From Prochlorococcus marinus str. NATL2A (GTDB lineage Bacteria > Cyanobacteriota > Cyanobacteriia > PCC-6307 > Cyanobiaceae): a stretch of DNA of 32,000 nt. Positions 10,943-19,582 of the stretch are shown here, one piece after another. The notes beneath the pieces were generated by a model. That model saw only the letters and a list, made by a program, of their open reading frames with translations, was not told where the DNA came from and ran no database searches. Each line of letters opens with the position of its first letter. Position 1 is the first letter of the stretch. The position numbers and the translations under genes are program-made. The DNA lies in contig NC_007335.2 of the NCBI RefSeq assembly GCF_000012465.1, positions 660,001 to 692,000 of the forward strand. The letters are read 5' to 3'.

Positions 10943-12041
10943 TTTTTTGCAAGCATTCACGTATTTCTTTATTAGAAATATTATTAAATAATTTTACATC
11001 ACCAATTTTTAAGGGCATAACGAAACTCACCTTGCCGTTCTTAACTTTCTTGTCTCCTTGAAGTGAGCTTAGAACACTTTCTATCTCAAGCTGAGGCCAA
11101 TTAGAAGGTAAGCCTGCTTTCTCTATTAATCGTTTCTGCCTTTTCGCGTTATCCTCTTTCCATAGTCCCCTCTGAACCGCTAACTGACCAACTGCAACCA
11201 TACCCATTGCAACTGCCTCACCATGCAGCCATTTCCCATAACCACAAAGATTTTCTATTACGTGGCCAAATGTGTGACCATAATTTAAAAATGCTCTAAC
11301 TCCACTTTCCTTCTCATCTTTTATAACAATTTCTGCTTTAGATTTAGCAGAACGCTTAATTATTTCTATTAGTAGTTTTTCTTTTATGTTTGAAAGATCA
11401 GAAATATTTTCTTGCCTTTCTAGAAGTTCGAATAGTTCTAAGTCTGATATAACTCCGTACTTTATTATTTCAGCCATACCTGCTTTGAACTCTCGTGATG
11501 GGAGAGTAATTAATGTTTTAGGGTCTATTAAGACCAATCTAGGTTGATGAAAAGCACCTATAAGATTTTTACCTTTTGAATGATTTATCCCTGTTTTACC
11601 ACCAATAGAAGCATCAACCATGGCGAGTAACGTGGTGGGGATTTGGACTACATTTACTCCACGCAACCATGTAGCAGCTGCAAAGCCAGTCATGTCTCCA
11701 ATCACGCCACCTCCAAGGGCAATCATTAATGATCCTCTCTCTAACCTCGCTTCATATGCCGCATTGTGGATTAAATCTATAGAAGATTGATTTTTTTGAT
11801 CTTCTCCAGCTTTTATTATTAAAAGCTTTGGTTTGAATTTACTTTTTATCAGACTTTTGATTATGCAATCACCATAGTGATCAGAGACTTCCTTGTTGGA
11901 AACGACTAATACTTTTAGTCCTTCCCTAAAACCAATATTAAATAGCTCATCTCCTATGCTTTCAAGACTACTTTTTCCGATAACTATTTCGTATGGGTTG
12001 TTAGTTAGAGAGACTTTAATATGGTGGTTGTCTTTATTCAC
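10935..12041 (-). CDS. aroB: 3-dehydroquinate synthase
   Basis: 368 aa ORF with GGGVIGDMTGFAAATWLRG, VQIPTTLLAMVDASIGGKTG, and YGHTFGHVIE...HGEAVAMGM. Confidence 0.95.
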   Translation of the reverse strand: MNKDNHHIKVSLTNNPYEIVIGKSSLESIGDELFNIGFREGLKVLVVSNKEVSDHYGDCIIKSLIKSKFKPKLLIIKAGEDQKNQSSIDLIHNAAYEARLERGSLMIALGGGVIGDMTGFAAATWLRGVNVVQIPTTLLAMVDASIGGKTGINHSKGKNLIGAFHQPRLVLIDPKTLITLPSREFKAGMAEIIKYGVISDLELFELLERQENISDLSNIKEKLLIEIIKRSAKSKAEIVIKDEKESGVRAFLNYGHTFGHVIENLCGYGKWLHGEAVAMGMVAVGQLAVQRGLWKEDNAKRQKRLIEKAGLPSNWPQLEIESVLSSLQGDKKVKNGKVSFVMPLKIGDVKLFNNISNKEIRECLQKIS

Positions 12042-12315
12042 AGTTGTGAGGGTGTAAATTGTTTGATGGTTTATTACGTTAAATCATCAAAATATAGAAG
12101 TAATTATATGTTTGATGAACACATCTTATAAGCAAATGATATGTATTCATATACGTTCAGTATTTATTATGGGATAACGTGGAGGAATATTCTTTAGGTT
12201 GTGAATTAAGGATGTTTTTATTAAAATCAGACTTCATACATTATTTTATTTGTTTGTTCGCGATTTTGTTATTTGCTTGCTAGGGCAAAGCTCTAAAAAT
12301 GAGGTCTTTAACTAA

Positions 12316-13461
12316 ATGATTGGGGTCGTGGGTGGAGGACAGCTTGCAATGCTTTTGATTGAGGCTGGAAAGAAAAGAAATGTTGATGTCGTTGTTCAGA
12401 CGGCTGCTAAAACTGATCCTGCTGCTAAAAAGACAAAGCAACTCATTTTGCATGATCCTACGAATCCCGTGGGTACAAAACTTCTTGCAGAAAAGACCCG
12501 CTTGATTACTTTTGAGAATGAATGGGTTGATATCTCAAGTTTACTTTCTCTTGAAAATAATGGAGTTTCTTTTGTCCCTAGACTTCAATCAATAAGACCT
12601 TTAATTAATAAAATAACTCAAAGAGAGCTATTAAACAGTCTTGATATTCCCTGCCCTGATTGGTTGGCTATACCATTAAAAAAATCAACAGAAATTGATC
12701 TTCCTGCAGATTGGGGATTTCCTTTGATGGCAAAAGCTGCCAAAGGTGGATATGACGGGAAAGGAACTAAAATTATTAAAAATCTAAAGCAACTTCAAGA
12801 ATTTCTATCAGTTGAAAGAGAAGGGCAATGGATGTTAGAAAAATGGATCTCTTTTGATAAGGAATTATCCATCGTTTCTAGTAGGGATTCAAAAGGAATT
12901 GTCCGTAGTCTGCCAATCGTAGAGACATATCAATCTAAACAAGTATGTGACTGGGTCCTTGCTCCAGCTGATATTAATCATGACGTTGATCTTATGGTTA
13001 GAAATATCGCAGCCTCGTTGCTTGCTGAGTTGCAATATGTTGGAGTTATTGCTATTGAATTTTTCTATGGATCTGAAGGATTACTTGTAAATGAAATAGC
13101 TCCAAGAACTCATAACTCAGGTCATTTTTCTATTGATGCTTGTAGCAGCAGTCAGTTTGATCAACAAATATGTATCACCTCTGGTATTAATGTACCTATG
13201 CCTGAAATGCTTGTTAATGGTGCTTTAATGGCAAACTTGCTTGGTTTGCAAAGTAACTATCCAATATCACTTACCCAAAGATTGGATAATTTGAGGGGTA
13301 TTCCTGGCTTGAATGTTCATTGGTATGAAAAAGAGGAAGAAAAAAAGGGCAGGAAGCTCGGTCACGTCACATATCTCTTGAATAATAAGGACGCTTTGTC
13401 TAGAAAAAAAGAAGCATTAGATGTTTTACAAACCATACGGTCAATTTGGCCGACCTCTTGA
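12316..13461 (+). CDS. purK: N5-carboxyaminoimidazole ribonucleotide synthase (ATP-grasp)
   Basis: 381 aa ORF with IGVVGGGQLAMLL, GYDGKGT, NEIAPRTHNSGH and RKLGHVT. Confidence 0.9.
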   Translation: MIGVVGGGQLAMLLIEAGKKRNVDVVVQTAAKTDPAAKKTKQLILHDPTNPVGTKLLAEKTRLITFENEWVDISSLLSLENNGVSFVPRLQSIRPLINKITQRELLNSLDIPCPDWLAIPLKKSTEIDLPADWGFPLMAKAAKGGYDGKGTKIIKNLKQLQEFLSVEREGQWMLEKWISFDKELSIVSSRDSKGIVRSLPIVETYQSKQVCDWVLAPADINHDVDLMVRNIAASLLAELQYVGVIAIEFFYGSEGLLVNEIAPRTHNSGHFSIDACSSSQFDQQICITSGINVPMPEMLVNGALMANLLGLQSNYPISLTQRLDNLRGIPGLNVHWYEKEEEKKGRKLGHVTYLLNNKDALSRKKEALDVLQTIRSIWPTS

Positions 13462-13469
13462 TAATATTT

Positions 13470-13680
13470 CTTTTAGATTGTTCCAGTACTGCTTTGTTGG
13501 TATAGGCCTTCTCAAGTGCTCTGATCTGACTCTCTTTCGATTTGGGGAAGCTGTCGTGAAAGTGACGTATACCAGCTTGTTCTGGAAACGAAGCTCCACT
13601 TTGAATCCCCCTCTGGTTCTTCCAGGTCGATGCTTCTTGGGCCTTACGGCAAAGCGGTACTCCCTTTCAATGAGATGGTT
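13470..13680 (+). ncRNA. ssrS: Candidate 6S RNA (boundaries approximate)
   Basis: A GC-richer, non-coding-looking segment directly 3' of purK. The 5' segment AGTACTGCTTTGTTGGTATAGGCC (about 13484-13507) pairs with GGCCTTACGGCAAAGCGGTACT (about 13641-13662), giving a long closing helix of about 20 bp. That helix includes T:G pairs that are only allowed on the plus strand. Internal hairpins follow (AAGCTG...CAGCTT, CTGGAA...TTCCAG). As I recall the literature, the purK-ssrS neighbourhood is described for marine cyanobacteria. Confidence 0.55.
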
Positions 13681-13774
13681 TAAATAACATATATTTTTTG
13701 AAGATTTAAATTATTTGATGCTGGTTTTTATTTGTTCTTAGTACTTGATTTTATAAGTGTACAAACAGTAAACA

Positions 13775-14125
13775 TCATGAGGTTAATCCTTTAGATTTGC
13801 GGACCTTTCTTAATAGCTCATGATCTTCTCTTGCTCTTTTATCAAGAATGGCTACGTCTTTTCTGGCTTTTTTATCAACTTTTTGAAAATCCTCTCTTGC
13901 TCGTTGGTCCAGTAGTGCAACATCTTTTCTTGCTCTTTGATCTATGTTCTCAAGGTCTGCTCTAGCTCGCTGATCAGCATTCTCTAAATCGATTTTTGCT
14001 CTTTCAACCATGCTTTTCATTGAGTCCACCATCATTGATAAAGCGGCAGGAACTTGTTCCCCAGAAGCTGAAAAAGAGGACTGCTCATTAAGACTAATAC
14101 TAGTGTTTGCTTGATTCGAAGCCAT
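13775..14125 (-). CDS. Hypothetical protein with six tandem 11-residue repeats (AR-D---D-R)
   Basis: 116 aa ORF. Residues about 43-108 read AKIDLENADQR / ARADLENIDQR / ARKDVALLDQR / AREDFQKVDKK / ARKDVAILDKR / AREDHELLRKV. The 33-nt periodicity is visible in the DNA. Confidence 0.6.
   Translation of the reverse strand: MASNQANTSISLNEQSSFSASGEQVPAALSMMVDSMKSMVERAKIDLENADQRARADLENIDQRARKDVALLDQRAREDFQKVDKKARKDVAILDKRAREDHELLRKVRKSKGLTS
13802..13999 (-). repeat. Six tandem, diverged 33-nt coding repeats inside the 13775..14125 ORF
   Basis: The ...TCTTGCTC... core recurs about every 33 nt on the plus strand. It corresponds to the repeated D(Q/K)RAR peptide. Confidence 0.6.
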
Positions 14126-14355
14126 AGGTTTAATTAAAATAGGCTTGCATTAGTTAGAAGCCATTTCTTTATATTTCTATTATCTCTTGTTATTAGCCCA
14201 ATAAATAAAAATCTCCTGAACAAAAACGAGATGTAATAGAGAGAAACTGCTTTTGCTAGAAAAGGCCATTAATACTTGATTTCATTTTTTTACAGACTTT
14301 AATAAAATCTAGTTTTTAGAAGAATTAATTGAGTTATTAAAAAAAATCAACAATA

Positions 14356-14571
14356 TTACCCCTTTGGATAAAGTCTAGCTATCTGCTTCTTTTGATTTTC
14401 TTTTTCTAGGTTTTTTCTTTTACGATCCTTGTATGAAGCATCATCATCATTAAGCCTAAAAAAGACAAAATAGAACATAATACCTGTGAAAATAAATCCA
14501 ATTAACAGTACCCAAAAACCAATTAGACCTGTAGGAGATAAGTAGTTCATGTCGAAAGAAATATTAGTCAT
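14356..14571 (-). CDS. Small single-pass membrane protein, hypothetical
   Basis: 71 aa ORF with one strong hydrophobic helix (LIGFWVLLIGFIFTGIMFYFVFF) followed by a highly charged tail. Confidence 0.45.
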   Translation of the reverse strand: MTNISFDMNYLSPTGLIGFWVLLIGFIFTGIMFYFVFFRLNDDDASYKDRKRKNLEKENQKKQIARLYPKG

Positions 14572-14759
14572 TTTTTTTTACTTAAAAAGTCTAGAATTAT
14601 ATTATCCACAATAAATAGAAAATGAAGGAGAAGCGTCGTTTTTCATAAACCTAGTTTCAGGATTTAAACTTAAAAGATTTATTTGCTTTTAATAAGAGTT
14701 TTTACGCATTAACATATAGTAAAAATTAATTAGAATAAAAAATATTAATTTCTGATTAA

Positions 14760-14894
14760 ATGGAAGGAACTCATAACTATGCTATGAACCTTATCGTTCC
14801 ACTAATGGGTGTTGCTCCGCTACTAATGCTATTTATATTAAAAGGAGAGAAAAAATCAAAGGCATCCAAGAGTTGGACAAGATCTACTAATTAG
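14760..14894 (+). CDS. Candidate 44-aa membrane mini-protein
   Basis: Own translation: MEGTHNYAMNLIVPLMGVAPLLMLFILKGEKKSKASKSWTRSTN. It has a hydrophobic helix and a basic tail. Below the size cut-off of the ORF track. Confidence 0.3.
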   Translation: MEGTHNYAMNLIVPLMGVAPLLMLFILKGEKKSKASKSWTRSTN

Positions 14895-15794
14895 ATTTAA
14901 AAAGAATAACACCTCACCTTCTTTGAACTAATAAGTAATTTAAAAAAAATAATATTATTTAAGAATAACTATTTGCAGGTCTTTTAATATATTTTATATT
15001 AAAGTAATTCTTGATCTGTAATATTTCAATTGAGATACTTTTGGATTGATAAGTAATCTTAAAAATATAAGTTAATGGTTTAGTGAGAGCTGCGAGTTAT
15101 CTTTGTTCGGTTTTCACACACACAGTATTGATTTATTGTTGCTACATTTTTAAAGAACTTAACTCTGTACGCGTATTTAAAATATTCTAACATTTTTAAT
15201 ACGCTTAATTACTAATGAAGAAAACCAAAACACAGCAATTTTCTAAATTTTTTCTTAAAGATCTGAAAACTAAAAAAACAACTTATAATAAAGAAAACTG
15301 TCTTGAAAAGTAGATTTTTTCTTCATAAAATTATATTTTTTATATATAATTGACAAATTTTTATAGCTTTACATTTTATAAGTCTTCTCTAAGCAATTTC
15401 AATAATTTCATAAAATACTTCTGTAAAGATTTTATTTATATATATGTTTTTTATATTATAAAATTAAGCTTAAACACATAGAAAAAATTAAAACTATGCT
15501 AAATCTATCTTAGTTTGATTTGTGAGATATGAATAAACTTATTCAATGAAAAACTATTCTTAAATGAAACTCTGATTGCGAGGTATCTTCAATTGATATG
15601 ACAAGTAATCTAGAACTTCTTGCTAACAAGTAGTTAACACAATGTGTTTTAGCGTGTGATCCAAAAAAAATATTCAGAGTTACTATTTTATTTTAAAGAC
15701 TACTGATAAGTGAATTTACCTAAAAAAGTTTTGTTAATTTATCAATGAATCTGATCATTTAGTAGTATGTTTAGTTACTACTAAAATTAAAAAT

Positions 15795-15941
15795 ATGAAA
15801 ACTGCACAAGATAGATATTTTGAATGTTTAGAAGTTTGTATAGAAAATGAGCAGGGAAAATCTTGTCGCCAAGTATGTGCACCAATTTTAAATGATGATC
15901 CTTCTGATCATCCCACAGTGCCAATAATTAAAAAACATTAA
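15795..15941 (+). CDS. Candidate 48-aa twin-CX3C mini-protein
   Basis: Own translation: MKTAQDRYFECLEVCIENEQGKSCRQVCAPILNDDPSDHPTVPIIKKH. It has two CX3C pairs (C11/C15 and C24/C28). Confidence 0.35.
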   Translation: MKTAQDRYFECLEVCIENEQGKSCRQVCAPILNDDPSDHPTVPIIKKH

Positions 15942-16109
15942 TTATTAAACGGAAAATTTCAAATCTAGATCTTGAAGAATAAAATTTCACTCAAAAGTAA
16001 TTATAAATTTCAATTATTCTTGTAGTTTTAGAAGTTAATGGTCACTTTAATAATTGGAAGTGCTTTCTTGTAAAGAAATTAGTTAGAATTTGTGAAATTT
16101 TGAAAAATC

Positions 16110-16268
16110 ATGGATACTCCTATCACACACATAAATTTGTTCAATGCCATGCTTGCTCTTTATGTGATTGGTTATCAAATATCAATTTGCTCAGATTGGA
16201 GTTGGATTCCAATGAATAAAGAGGATTATCAACTTCCTTATCAAGATAAATGGAGTCGAACTACTTAG
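16110..16268 (+). CDS. Candidate 52-aa mini-protein
   Basis: Own translation: MDTPITHINLFNAMLALYVIGYQISICSDWSWIPMNKEDYQLPYQDKWSRTT. It has one hydrophobic segment and a Trp-rich tail. Confidence 0.3.
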   Translation: MDTPITHINLFNAMLALYVIGYQISICSDWSWIPMNKEDYQLPYQDKWSRTT

Positions 16269-16436
16269 TACATTATATTATAAAAAATTTTATATATAAA
16301 TCTAATAATTCACAAACTTATCTAAATATGCATATTACATAATTAAATAGAATTAATATATTTAATTAATTTTTTTCTCACAACAAATATAATAACTAAA
16401 GTTATTATTTTTAATCAAACATTGATTAGTTCAAAT

Positions 16437-16613
16437 TTATATACTTTGAACTACGTGAAATAAACCGAATGAATACCCCCCTATTAGAATCCAACCCAGA
16501 ATTGCTGAAATTATTGTAGACCTTCTATTGTGTCTTCTTATTGCATTCTCGATCATTTCATTTACATCTTCTCTATTTATTAGATTTGTTGATTTTGGAT
16601 TTGTTGAAGTCAT
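16437..16613 (-). CDS. Candidate 58-aa C-terminally anchored mini-protein
   Basis: Own translation: MTSTNPKSTNLINREDVNEMIENAIRRHNRRSTIISAILGWILIGGYSFGLFHVVQSI. It is preceded on its strand by a structured leader (16679-16766). Confidence 0.35.
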   Translation of the reverse strand: MTSTNPKSTNLINREDVNEMIENAIRRHNRRSTIISAILGWILIGGYSFGLFHVVQSI

Positions 16614-16678
16614 TTGATTTTATGAAAATTTGATGTTTGAGATTGATTAATCCCTATTAAACGAATTCAATCCGAGAC

Positions 16679-16766
16679 AGAATCTGCTTATGGGGCAGAG
16701 GTTTATTCTTTGTAGCTATCCTCGATAGATGCTAGGAAGAATTCCTGACGGATAAAGAGCCTATCC
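16679..16766. ncRNA. Candidate structured RNA element or leader (four consecutive hairpins); strand unresolved
   Basis: The hairpins are AGAAT-CTGC...GCAG...ATTCT (16679-16709), TAGCTATC-CTC-GATA(GAT)GCTA (16713-16734), AGGAA-GAA-TTCCT (16734-16746) and GGATA...TATCC (16750-16766). The segment is locally GC-richer than its surroundings. Confidence 0.3.
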
Positions 16767-17288
16767 ATATGTAAATAATTGTTAACACTATAATGTATTT
16801 TTTTAGAAGTTGTGTAGGTAAAATCACTTTATTCTGTATTCAGTCCATGATAATTACCTATTACCCTTAAGAATAATTCTGGGATGCATGAAATTCCTCT
16901 TGTTCTAAAAACTGTGGTTTCACTTCCTTTATTTTTAGGAAGATGTATTCAAAGTTCTAGTTTTGTTGCGATCGAATTTATTATTTTTACTATTAATTAA
17001 TCATGCTAATAAGCCTTTCTTCGCTGTATGCAAATGCTTCCACATTTATTTCTAAAACTTAAAAAACTTATGACAGGCGAATCTATATAGAAATAGATTA
17101 TCAATAGTAAAGCTACAGTTTGCTTTGACGACCTTTTAGTCTATCGGTGACAATAACAGAACAGCTCAAGTATCAGATAAGAATGTTTTGGATTAATATT
17201 AAGAATTGACTACATAATTTTTATTTAATTTAAGTTTTTTTTTCCTATTTTAATTTCTTGCTAACAAAATTTTTGTAAGAATAATACG

Positions 17289-17744
17289 TTATGTACTTTT
17301 TTCGTTATTGTCTGATTCATTCTTTTCTAAAAGCTTTCTAGTTAGAAAAGAATAAGATGCTTGATGTTTTTCCTTCCATTCTTTATGTTCTTTTATCTGA
17401 TCTTTTAACTTTTCTAAACTCTCTTTTTCGTCTGGATAAAACCTTTCTAAGTATTCAGGACTTAAATTTATATTACCTTCAAATTCATAAACCATTTCCT
17501 CAAATGATTCACATAAGCCAAGGATGTCTGCCATGAAATCTTCAAATTCATCAATGTTAATTTCTTGAAGAAGCTTTCTTAACTTACTTTGACTCGATTC
17601 CTCTGGCGCCCATTCTTTTTTTAAAACGTGAAGAAGATTAAGCTGGCCAATTCTATCTAGAAGATCCCACTTGGAGGCATCATCGGCTGAGTAAAAATAG
17701 GACCCATCACCCGACTGATAAAACTTTCCTCTTTCTTTATCCAT
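17289..17744 (-). CDS. Hypothetical acidic protein
   Basis: 151 aa ORF with no competing frame. It is rich in E/D/K and has no motif I recognise. Confidence 0.55.
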   Translation of the reverse strand: MDKERGKFYQSGDGSYFYSADDASKWDLLDRIGQLNLLHVLKKEWAPEESSQSKLRKLLQEINIDEFEDFMADILGLCESFEEMVYEFEGNINLSPEYLERFYPDEKESLEKLKDQIKEHKEWKEKHQASYSFLTRKLLEKNESDNNEKST

Positions 17745-17971
17745 TTTTGTTAAAAGGAGTATATATTAAATCTTCTATATTAGGTTTACAGAGGTAAAAC
17801 ATTTGATTCAATCTGTTTACGACTAGATTTTAGTTTAGTAAGATTTAAAATTTTAACTTTGTTTATATATTAGAATACATTTCATTTTACACTTTTTTTT
17901 TTTTGATTAATTTCAAATTTACTAGCTATTTAAAATATTATTCCTCTCTTAGGAGCTATTAACTATTATTC

Positions 17972-18373
17972 TTAATCAAAGAAATCTAGTGGAAAGGGAC
18001 CAATTGTTTTAGAGGTCAATGAATTTTCATGATTTTGACAAGTTATCAATATACCTTCACCCAAGCCAAATTCAACCCTAGCGTGAATTTCACCTGTTTT
18101 TTGGTTTGCCTTTAGGAATATTGGACCGTCAGAACTAGGGACTGTGATGCATTTCATTTCGTCGTATTCAAATTTTTCTTCTATTCTTCTAACTGCGTTT
18201 ATGCCTCTTTTGAATGAAGGTGACATTACTCCTATCGTTATCCAATCTGAATTATGAATAAGATGACTGAGTTGATTAAAAAGGGTTTTTGATTGTTTTT
18301 TATTTAGCTTAGGAGCAGATCTCAATTTATCAAGGTCTTCTAATTTGCAGATATTAATATTATTTGTAGACAT
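17972..18373 (-). CDS. Conserved hypothetical protein (possibly DUF1824-like)
   Basis: 133 aa ORF with a globular-looking composition. The family assignment is from memory only. Confidence 0.55.
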   Translation of the reverse strand: MSTNNINICKLEDLDKLRSAPKLNKKQSKTLFNQLSHLIHNSDWITIGVMSPSFKRGINAVRRIEEKFEYDEMKCITVPSSDGPIFLKANQKTGEIHARVEFGLGEGILITCQNHENSLTSKTIGPFPLDFFD

Positions 18374-18619
18374 TTACATAGTTATTTTATCTATTTTATC
18401 AACTAGACTATTTCGTTCTTGTTTTTATTTATATGATTATAATATTTTTATATATTTATAGTCTTACTTTTTCACGTTTATTTAAAAATATATATAGATA
18501 GACCAAATATATTTTACTAATATAACCATTAAAAAATCTTATCTAATGTCAAACTTATATCTATTATGATTTGTATATGCGTAAATTTGATTAGATTATT
18601 GGATTGTATTTTGTTTCTA

Positions 18620-18811
18620 TTAATTAATATTGTTAGATTCTTTTATTCTTCTGGATTCATGCAGTTGTTCTAACTCGTTATAGACATCACGTAATGTTTT
18701 CTGTATGTGATCTAAATTCTCGATAGATCCAAGTGAATTCATCGCTTTTAAAAGGTTTTCTTTAGCTTCTATCAAACCTCGACATTGTGTGCTACCCGCT
18801 TCAGAGGACAT
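18620..18811 (-). CDS. Small helical hypothetical protein; possible divergent member of the family at 23624..23848 and 26899..27102
   Basis: 63 aa ORF. With a one-residue indel, SLGS...L..L.DVYNELEQLH lines up with MLGQ..L..L.EVYNSLDALH of the 26899 protein. Confidence 0.45.
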   Translation of the reverse strand: MSSEAGSTQCRGLIEAKENLLKAMNSLGSIENLDHIQKTLRDVYNELEQLHESRRIKESNNIN

Positions 18812-18973
18812 CTTTGTATGAGCTGTTGGTATGCGTTTATTATAACTATTATTTAACTTAGTAATTTTCTTTTCAACTTTTTTAAATTTTCATTTCTTTA
18901 ACTTCACTTTAGATTTCCGACTTGACGAACCCTGCTTTTCAAATTAAAAACAAAAATAAGAGTATGTTCTTTG

Positions 18974-19243
18974 ATGGCGAAAGCAGAAAATCTAAAAGCT
19001 CCTATTGGCTGGCTCACAGATCCACACAATAAATGGGCAATTAATTTTAACTTTAAAAAAGGTACTAATGATGAGAACTCTGCAGATTTCACTATTGATA
19101 TGTGGGGAGTAGTTCCAAACGGTAAACCTATGCAATTTAAAAGTAGAAGAAAGGTCACAAAACATGAATCATTAAAGACCTGGAAACAATTGCTCTCATC
19201 AAATTGGGTTGAATTCGATTTTGAAATGAATAAGAGTGCTTGA
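18974..19243 (+). CDS. Small hypothetical protein (possibly DUF1651-like)
   Basis: 89 aa from the ATG at 18974; the track starts 3 nt earlier at a TTG. Features are GWL near the N-terminus and the C-terminal LKTWKQLLSSNW. It overlaps an antisense shadow ORF, which I reject. Confidence 0.5.
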   Translation: MAKAENLKAPIGWLTDPHNKWAINFNFKKGTNDENSADFTIDMWGVVPNGKPMQFKSRRKVTKHESLKTWKQLLSSNWVEFDFEMNKSA

Positions 19244-19316
19244 AAGGCTTTTTATTCAAATGGGCATTTTCCTTTTCACTAGTTATTATGTATTTATGTA
19301 TTTATGACTTTCTAGA

Positions 19317-19577
19317 TTGCTAAATACTTTCCATAAACTTCTCAAATTAGCCTTTATATTCACAGCTGTAATTACTGGATGGACTTCTTTTATTCTTTTA
19401 TCCAGCACAACATTTAATATAGAGATTAAGGAATTAATAACTAAAATGTATTTGAATCAAAAGAATTTTATCTTTAATGTAAAAGATTTATCACTTCTAC
19501 TTGTTAAAGATGCAAATGAGCGTCTTTCTGAGAAAAATCAAGGAAAAATTCCATTAAACAATTCTAAATTAAATTAA
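19317..19577 (+). CDS. Small membrane-anchored hypothetical protein
   Basis: 86 aa ORF with a TTG start and an N-terminal hydrophobic helix (LAFIFTAVITGWTSFILLS). Confidence 0.4.
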   Translation: MLNTFHKLLKLAFIFTAVITGWTSFILLSSTTFNIEIKELITKMYLNQKNFIFNVKDLSLLLVKDANERLSEKNQGKIPLNNSKLN

Positions 19578-19582
19578 TAAAA

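Noticed and set aside
13421-13687. 88-aa plus-strand ORF from the track, overlapping the end of purK
   Set aside because: It lies on the structured, GC-richer segment that folds into a long closing helix and is best explained as 6S RNA. Its composition is odd (Phe/Leu/Cys/Arg-rich), it overlaps purK out of frame, and it has no recognisable motif.
15215-15313. 32-codon very basic ORF (MKKTKTQQFSKFFLKDLKTKKTTYNKENCLEK)
   Set aside because: Lys/Thr-rich low-complexity sequence is exactly what A-rich non-coding DNA encodes. There is no hydrophobic core or motif.
16116-16130. ACTCCTATCACACAC, which resembles the conserved Yfr1 sRNA core (ACUCCUCACAC)
   Set aside because: It contains a 2-nt insertion relative to the motif, lies inside a candidate mini-ORF, and lacks the two flanking stem-loops expected for Yfr1.
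16884-17000. 38-codon ORF (MHEIPLVLKTVVSLPLFLGRCIQSSSFVAIEFIIFTIN) downstream of the structured element
   Set aside because: It lies about 120 nt from the element, has no recognisable features beyond hydrophobicity, and could easily arise by chance. I kept it only as a note in case the element proves to be a plus-strand leader.
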